Positions 58,657 to 64,000 of a stretch of 64,000 nucleotides of DNA are shown here, piece after piece (the stretch's first letter is position 1; every line of letters begins with the position of its first letter). Both the position numbers and the translations under genes were made by a program. The notes under the pieces were generated by a model. It saw only the letters and a list, made by a program, of their open reading frames with translations, was not told the DNA's origin and did not search any database. The DNA is from a virus. Its lineage: Duplodnaviria; Caudoviricetes. The stretch is from the IMG/VR virus record IMGVR_UViG_3300003086_000115. One strand, written 5' to 3'.

Positions 58657-58935
58657 ATGTCTAGAACTAAAGCTGGCACTAAGCCTAACTACAAGACAAA
58701 TGGCGCAACTACACAGTTGCAATTTTTACAAAATTATTTACGCGGTACAAACATTTCGATTACTGCTAAACAAGCGAGTAAGATGTTTGGCATCGCGAAG
58801 TTGCATGCTAGATTGTTTGAGTGTAAACAAGCAGGACTGCGCATTAGATCAAAATCTACAGGCAATAATAAAGAATTAGCATATAAGGTGTCAGCACGGG
58901 ACCTAACTGGCTCAAGAGCTAAGTTAGCGTTCTAA
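58657..58935 (+). CDS. Small basic winged-HTH-like protein
   Basis: SD AGGAG; ITAKQASKMFGIAKLHARLFECKQAG. Confidence 0.6.
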   Translation: MSRTKAGTKPNYKTNGATTQLQFLQNYLRGTNISITAKQASKMFGIAKLHARLFECKQAGLRIRSKSTGNNKELAYKVSARDLTGSRAKLAF

Positions 58936-58952
58936 CTTTAGTAACTAATATT

Positions 58953-58977
58953 AAGGGGGCTATAAGTCCCCTTTTTT
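58953..58977. terminator. Terminator hairpin at a convergent gene junction
   Basis: AAGGGGGC-TATAA-GTCCCCTTTTTT. Confidence 0.75.
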
Positions 58978-60153
58978 ATTGGGTAAATCTTCAAATTTAA
59001 TTATTGACGTTTTATCGTACCATTTTATATAATCTAATAACTCAGCATGCAGTTTATCTGAAGGAACAGTATCGTTGATATATCTGATTAGTTCTTTATT
59101 TTTTGTCTTTTTCTTTTCCTCTGCTAACGCATCAGCAGATAATGCTGATAAAGACAGATAATTAGGGTTGCTAACTAAGGTAAGACCAATTGGTAAGTCA
59201 TGTTTTTTGCACCAATCTTCTAAGTCATCGAACCACCCTATGTTTAATGCATGTATAGTGCAAGTTATATAAACTAGCACATTTGACTGCTTTACTAGCG
59301 ATAGTACGTTTTCCTCAATAATGTTCCACTTACTGTGTTTGCGAATATACTCACCGTGAACACCTATGGCATCAATGCTTACTATAACAATTAGCTCTTT
59401 AAATCCTTTTAGCCGGTTGGTATTTTCTATAAGATCAAAGCTACCATTTGTAGTAAATGCTAATCTTATTTTTTCTTTTTTAGCACTAGGAATTTTTTCT
59501 AACATAGACATTAGCTTTTCGTCCATGAATGGCTCTCCACCACGTATTCGTAAGAATGTAATAGGTTGATGCAATATAGTGTTACGAAGGTGATCTCTTG
59601 CTCGTTCATTATTAGACAGTTCTTTTATATTATCAAGGTATAACGGGTCTTGAGCTAACATATTTTTTACTACTGTTGCTGATTGGTCTTTTTTCCACGT
59701 GCTGTGAATTTTAGAGCTATCATCCGGAAAACACATAATACATTCGAAATTACAAAGGTTAGATACCATGCAATCTGCAGTAACTATAAAATCATTGCGG
59801 TAGTCTTTTTTCTTATTAAAATATAGTTTTAACCACGTATTTGAATAATCATCAGATCCTGCTATAGATTTATTATATATTTGTCTTATGCTTCGTATGT
59901 TATATTTCTCTGCTTTCTGACATTTATAACATTCTGACGGCATCTTGTCATTTAACTCTTTGCGCAAGTACTGTAAATATTCGCTGTTTATCCAATCTTC
60001 GTATGTATCTGATGATAAGTTGTAATTAGTCTTACCTTGAAATTGGGACTGACGTGTGTCGATGCTACAACAGACATCAAGTTTATTTCGGTTATCGTTC
60101 CTTGCACTGAACCAGGCAGATGCGCAGAAAGTTTTGCTAGATAAGGGATTCAT
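58960..60153 (-). CDS. Radical SAM protein with N-terminal SPASM/Twitch-like domain
   Basis: FCASAW...VCC...ECYKC, then CNFECIMC, RGGEP, TTNGS, VSIDA; TAAATA 5 nt before ATG. Confidence 0.85.
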   Translation of the reverse strand: MNPLSSKTFCASAWFSARNDNRNKLDVCCSIDTRQSQFQGKTNYNLSSDTYEDWINSEYLQYLRKELNDKMPSECYKCQKAEKYNIRSIRQIYNKSIAGSDDYSNTWLKLYFNKKKDYRNDFIVTADCMVSNLCNFECIMCFPDDSSKIHSTWKKDQSATVVKNMLAQDPLYLDNIKELSNNERARDHLRNTILHQPITFLRIRGGEPFMDEKLMSMLEKIPSAKKEKIRLAFTTNGSFDLIENTNRLKGFKELIVIVSIDAIGVHGEYIRKHSKWNIIEENVLSLVKQSNVLVYITCTIHALNIGWFDDLEDWCKKHDLPIGLTLVSNPNYLSLSALSADALAEEKKKTKNKELIRYINDTVPSDKLHAELLDYIKWYDKTSIIKFEDLPNKKGDL

Positions 60154-60180
60154 GCCTTTATTTAACCTGTATAATTAAAC

Positions 60181-60208
60181 TTGACAAAAAACCTAAAATA
60201 CTTATAAT
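60181..60208 (+). promoter_or_regulatory. Sigma70 promoter
   Basis: TTGACA-16-TATAAT. Confidence 0.7.
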
Positions 60209-60220
60209 AGCGAGTACAGA

Positions 60221-60403
60221 ATGACATTAGAGAACTTAACTAAAGAACAGATAGAAGAAATATTAAAATCATTAAAGGTTAACCCACATGAGTGGACTGA
60301 GCTACGCAATGAAACAATAAACTGGGTAAGACTACAATATAATGAACAAGTTGAAGGAGGCGCATGGAAACGAAGATTAAGAGAACAAGGAAACGTAATA
60401 TAA
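60221..60403 (+). CDS. Hypothetical protein
   Basis: First ORF after promoter. Confidence 0.45.
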   Translation: MTLENLTKEQIEEILKSLKVNPHEWTELRNETINWVRLQYNEQVEGGAWKRRLREQGNVI

Positions 60404-60669
60404 AATATAAGTTCGGTGAAGATAAAGTTATGCAAGATCTAACTAATTACATCGACGACACGTATTCAGGGCACTACACTAATGAGAACAATATGGTCCA
60501 AGCATTAGATATTTTCGAAGCAAGAGGCACATTAAGTAGCACAGCAATTGATAATGCTATAAAATACCTAATGCGTTACGGCAAAAAAGAAGGTAAGAAC
60601 CGTAATGATTTATTAAAAACGTTGCATTACATAATACTAGCAACAGGATTCGAAGACAAGCAAGGTTAA
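60364..60669 (+). CDS. DUF3310-like (T7 gp1.7-like nucleotide kinase) protein
   Basis: HY...VQALD...NAIKYLMRYGKK...DLLKTLHY. Confidence 0.7.
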   Translation: METKIKRTRKRNIKYKFGEDKVMQDLTNYIDDTYSGHYTNENNMVQALDIFEARGTLSSTAIDNAIKYLMRYGKKEGKNRNDLLKTLHYIILATGFEDKQG

Positions 60670-60863
60670 TGGCAAAGAGGCGATCACAAGTTGAAGTAAC
60701 AAAAATTTTAAACACAGGTGAAGAGCTCATTATGGTTAATAAAAACAAGATGAATTCTGAGATGTGCGAAAAAGTTGTTATTAAGCTGACGAACGACTGG
60801 CAAACAAATGCTGATAGTGAAACTAAGATTAAACACATGTATTTCAGGTGTGTTGAGCAGTAA
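60669..60863 (+). CDS. Hypothetical protein
   Basis: Coupled ORF. Confidence 0.45.
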   Translation: MAKRRSQVEVTKILNTGEELIMVNKNKMNSEMCEKVVIKLTNDWQTNADSETKIKHMYFRCVEQ

Positions 60864-60924
60864 GTTAGTAGTATAATATTGTACTATTATAAATGATGTA
60901 TTAGAAGAGTAGAAAAGGGGTGTT

Positions 60925-61356
60925 ATGAGTAGTGTTTGCAGTACAACTAAAAATCCACAGACGTGCGCATGGATACAGACAGTTTCACAAGTAGCAATTG
61001 CCGCAGTAGTTGTATATGCTGGAGTTACAGTTAATCAACACATGGAAGTATGGTCGTCATCTTTCCAGCGCGGATCAGATGATATACATAAGATCCAAGA
61101 TAATATGCAATTCATTAGCGAAAGCATGATATCGATAAACCAGAGTATGAACACAATTGCTTACAGCATGTCATCAATTGATAACGATATGGAAGATATT
61201 AAAATCCAACTGTTACAGATGAACACAGGTATCGATACAATGAATAATAATGTATACGGGTTAGGCAAAGAGATGAGTTACATGAACCGTAGTGTAAGAG
61301 GTGTAGGTAGACAAATAACGCCACAGGGTTTTGTAGACAGTATGATGCCATTTTAA
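60925..61356 (+). CDS. Met-rich membrane-anchored coiled-coil protein
   Basis: One TM segment then heptad M/I repeats; ends PQGFVDSMMPF. Confidence 0.55.
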   Translation: MSSVCSTTKNPQTCAWIQTVSQVAIAAVVVYAGVTVNQHMEVWSSSFQRGSDDIHKIQDNMQFISESMISINQSMNTIAYSMSSIDNDMEDIKIQLLQMNTGIDTMNNNVYGLGKEMSYMNRSVRGVGRQITPQGFVDSMMPF

Positions 61357-61368
61357 CAAGGAGAAAGT

Positions 61369-61764
61369 ATGAAAGTAACAGAGATGAAAGTAGAAAATAT
61401 TATAGATAACGGTGTAGGCGTATCTGATATGCAAGTAACGTTAGATAAGAAGTCAACTAAATTGCTAATCCGCAAGGGTATGAACCAGGTAATGTCTATG
61501 CTGAGCGAACAAGTTGATATAATGCCAGTAGTCGATGAGTTTTCAAAAGAAATAAAGGAATATTGCTTAACTGATAGTGAAGCACAGTTACTGATTCAAG
61601 TAGGTGTATTGTCATCGTTAAGGTCGGGTATAAACGAACATATAGATGATCCTGTGCCGTGTAATAAGCTAGATGAGTCTTGTGTAACAGTAGACGATGT
61701 AGCCGATGAACCAATCAATACTGATATTATGTCAGGCGATTTTTATAGTTTAGATCAAGTGTAA
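61369..61764 (+). CDS. Hypothetical protein
   Basis: SD AAGGAG. Confidence 0.55.
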   Translation: MKVTEMKVENIIDNGVGVSDMQVTLDKKSTKLLIRKGMNQVMSMLSEQVDIMPVVDEFSKEIKEYCLTDSEAQLLIQVGVLSSLRSGINEHIDDPVPCNKLDESCVTVDDVADEPINTDIMSGDFYSLDQV

Positions 61765-61919
61765 GGGGAAAACATGAGTAAGAATAGAATTTCATTCATT
61801 CAAATTAAGAAGAATGCTAACGGTATAATGACTAATAAGAAGTCAACAAGTCACAGTTCTTACCGTTGTAAACGTAAACCAACTTCGCCGTACTGTAACC
61901 CGATGCATCCGTCCAACTA

Positions 61920-62348
61920 GTGAAGGTAGGCATTACCTTTTCTTCGTTTGACTTATTCCATGCAGGACATGTGATAATGTTAAATGAAGCAAAGCAACAA
62001 TGCGACTATCTAATTGCTGGTATACAGACAGATCCTACTATAGACAGGCCAAACACTAAGAACAAGCCTGTACAGTCTATTGTAGAACGACAGTTGCAAG
62101 TATCGGGGTGCAGGCACGTTGATGAAGTAATAGTCTACACTACAGAACAAGACGTAGAAGATATATTATCTGTATATAAGATAGACATACGTATATTAGG
62201 CGAAGAGTACATAAATATACCTTTCACAGGAAAAGACATTTGTGAACAGCGTGGTATAGAGTTATACTACAACGAAAGATCACATAAATTTAGCACGACA
62301 GAATTGAGGAAAAGATTAAAAGGAAATGAAAAAAGAGAGATCACATAA
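61920..62348 (+). CDS. Glycerol-3-phosphate cytidylyltransferase-like
   Basis: FSSFDLFHAGH, VQSIVER, LGEEY, RSHKFSTTELR. Confidence 0.85.
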   Translation: MKVGITFSSFDLFHAGHVIMLNEAKQQCDYLIAGIQTDPTIDRPNTKNKPVQSIVERQLQVSGCRHVDEVIVYTTEQDVEDILSVYKIDIRILGEEYINIPFTGKDICEQRGIELYYNERSHKFSTTELRKRLKGNEKREIT

Positions 62349-62472
62349 ACATGCACTATTAGATACAGAGAAGTGGCTAGTAATTGCACTTAAAAAAAAT
62401 CCTAATTGCAAGTTTTACAAGGGGTATCTTGAAAGTATAAGTATAGAAAAAGAGAAAAGAATGTACATGTAA

Positions 62473-62549
62473 GCCCCTTTAGCTCAGTTGGTTAGAGCAC
62501 CCCGCTCATAACGGGTAGGCCCACAGTTCAAGTCTGTGAAGGGGCACCA
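62473..62549 (+). tRNA. tRNA-CAT, probably Ile2 (lysidine type) rather than Met
   Basis: Cloverleaf, anticodon CAT, C4-G69, C5-G68, C29-G41, A73, encoded CCA. Confidence 0.85.
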
Positions 62550-62554
62550 GTAAC

Positions 62555-62630
62555 GCCGAAGTAGCACAGTTGGTAGTGCAACTGATTTGTAATCAGTAGG
62601 TCGCCAGTTCGAGTCCGGCCTTCGGCACCA
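62555..62630 (+). tRNA. tRNA-Thr(TGT)
   Basis: Cloverleaf, ACTGA-TT TGT AA-TCAGT, TTCGAGT, CCA. Confidence 0.93.
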
Positions 62631-62636
62631 AATTAA

Positions 62637-62728
62637 GGAAGATTGACAGAGCGGCTTATCGTGCTCCCCTGCTAAGGGAGTGTAGTTCTTAAAGACTACC
62701 ATTGGTTCAAATCCAATATCTTCCGCCA
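62637..62728 (+). tRNA. tRNA-Ser(GCT)
   Basis: Long variable arm, CTCCC-CT GCT AA-GGGAG, G73, CCA. Confidence 0.93.
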
Positions 62729-62743
62729 TTTTAAAGAAACCGA

Positions 62744-62772
62744 TTGACAAAAGGTTAAACAGAGTCTATAAT
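62744..62772 (+). promoter_or_regulatory. Sigma70 early promoter cassette
   Basis: TTGACA-17-TATAAT then ACGTAGTATATTAAATAACAAAAAAGGA. Confidence 0.85.
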
Positions 62773-62807
62773 ACGTAGTATATTAAATAACAAAAAAGGA
62801 ATACACT

Positions 62808-63212
62808 ATGGCTTTTAAAGGCACACAATTTACATCACGCAATTTAGACGACTTACGTACAGACATCGAAACATTACTAGAAGCATATGGTGAGCGTGTA
62901 GGTGGCGTTAAGTTTAAGATGGGTAAGATCAAATACAGTGCAGAGTCAGCAACAATTTCACTTGAAGCTAACTTACCAGATTCAACAGGTAAAGTTATAA
63001 CAGCAGAGATGAAAGCGTACAACGTATATGCACAGATGGACGGCATTAACATTGCGTTAGGTGGATTTGCTAACAGCAGAACGCTAGGCAGAGTTAAGAT
63101 GGACGGTTATAAGCCTAGAAATACTAAATATCCATACATCGTAACACAAGTATCAACGGGTAAGTCTTACAAGATGCCTTTGTCAAACGTAAGACAATTA
63201 GTAGCAGAGTAG
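62808..63212 (+). CDS. Hypothetical early protein
   Basis: GYKPRNTKYPYIV...GKSYK. Confidence 0.6.
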   Translation: MAFKGTQFTSRNLDDLRTDIETLLEAYGERVGGVKFKMGKIKYSAESATISLEANLPDSTGKVITAEMKAYNVYAQMDGINIALGGFANSRTLGRVKMDGYKPRNTKYPYIVTQVSTGKSYKMPLSNVRQLVAE

Positions 63213-63245
63213 AACATAATTGTATTTAAAAAATAGGATATAGAT

Positions 63246-63494
63246 ATGGAAAATGCAAAAGAATGGACGAGATCAGTAGTCCATACAGAAAACTTTAAAG
63301 AAGCTTGTATTACAGTTTCACATTACACTAACGGTACAGTAAAGGGGTCTTATACATACAACTTACATTCGGATCGTTTCCCACACCCAGACCCAATTTC
63401 CGCCGGTCGCGGAAGTTCAATTGACGAGTGCGTACAAAAAGCCAAACATTCGCATAGTAGTTTTTGGGGATCAAAAGGAGTTCGTAGGTTGTAA
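63246..63494 (+). CDS. Hypothetical protein
   Basis: SD AGGA. Confidence 0.5.
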   Translation: MENAKEWTRSVVHTENFKEACITVSHYTNGTVKGSYTYNLHSDRFPHPDPISAGRGSSIDECVQKAKHSHSSFWGSKGVRRL

Positions 63495-64000
63495 TGGGAG
63501 AAAAGAATATGAAAAAATTAGCAATGCTTTTCGCTTTTGTAGCAACAGCAACAATAGCAAATACAGATACTGAAACTGTTAATCAGCACATTAACAGAGT
63601 TGATGTATCTATTGCAGATAACTCAGTAAGAGTCACATTAAAGGACAAGCACATCTTTTCGCAAGATTGTAGCGATTATAGTTGTAAACTATTTACACCA
63701 CTATTGCCTGACCCATATATCGAACAAGAAGATGGTTATATTATCGAGTCAGCAGTTATTAAGTTAGTATCTTTAAAAAACGCATCTAGTTTTAGAAGAT
63801 TTGATGATACAATTGTGTTTATTGTTAATAAGGCAAGTGTATCTGGTTTATACTCGTATATTGGTCACTACGCAATTGATACTAATACAGGTTCAGTAAC
63901 AGTTAATATTGTTGAACGTGATGTTTATAAGCATGGGCTACCAGATCAAAAAAAAACAGTAGCACAAGCAATGACTAATGAAACAATAGTAAAGTTTTAA
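63494..64000 (+). CDS. Secreted hypothetical protein
   Basis: Signal-like MKKLAMLFAFVATATIA (true start probably 63509). Confidence 0.5.
   Translation: MGEKNMKKLAMLFAFVATATIANTDTETVNQHINRVDVSIADNSVRVTLKDKHIFSQDCSDYSCKLFTPLLPDPYIEQEDGYIIESAVIKLVSLKNASSFRRFDDTIVFIVNKASVSGLYSYIGHYAIDTNTGSVTVNIVERDVYKHGLPDQKKTVAQAMTNETIVKF

Noticed and set aside
223-63052. Most minus-strand ORFs in the track (e.g. 4508-5089, 48586-49296, 62484-62750)
   Set aside because: Antisense shadows of well-supported + strand genes or tRNAs; only 19921-20301 and 58960-60153 occupy their own space
1-64000. CRISPR array, integrase, transposase or reverse transcriptase
   Set aside because: No regularly spaced direct repeats or recognisable catalytic motifs seen; the repeats present are promoter cassettes or coding duplications
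1-64000. Stop-codon reassignment
   Set aside because: Core genes read full length in the standard code and all three stops end genes; the breaks seen are frame changes, not in-frame stops

Overview
A 64-kb, AT-rich, gene-dense segment of a large T4-like (jumbo-type) tailed phage genome, almost entirely on the + strand. Core genes are the terminase large subunit, gp32 SSB, UvsX, UvsY, UvsW, primase, gp41 helicase, a 194-aa mini DnaE, PhoH, a PD-(D/E)xK exonuclease, class Ia NrdA/NrdB with glutaredoxin, a PAAR spike, a beta-helix tail protein and a block of probable internal head proteins. A glycan/small-molecule modification toolkit is interleaved singly among the core genes: 3 radical SAM enzymes, 3 'FLTEKT' glycosyltransferase-like proteins, 2 SGNH proteins, a methyltransferase, a GT8-like protein, a UDP-sugar dehydrogenase, an amidinotransferase and 2 cytidylyltransferases. 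The right-hand 14 kb is an early/accessory region of sigma70 promoter cassettes carrying a cytochrome c, secreted metzincins, a TM2 protein, ClpP and 3 tRNAs. The most notable unexplained signals are: (1) intergenic hairpin RNAs whose loops are antisense to the phage's own conserved early leader/Shine-Dalgarno sequence, in a genome where many replication and late genes look leaderless; (2) a ~360-nt highly structured non-coding element with an alternative pairing over the primase start codon; (3) a tandem family of six small proteins with a constant C-terminal F-x4-D-L-T-M-F-L-L-K-W helix and variable loops; (4) deletions in uvsX, clpP and hsp20 plus a frameshift in one accessory gene. All family calls come from motif recognition by eye; no database searches were run.
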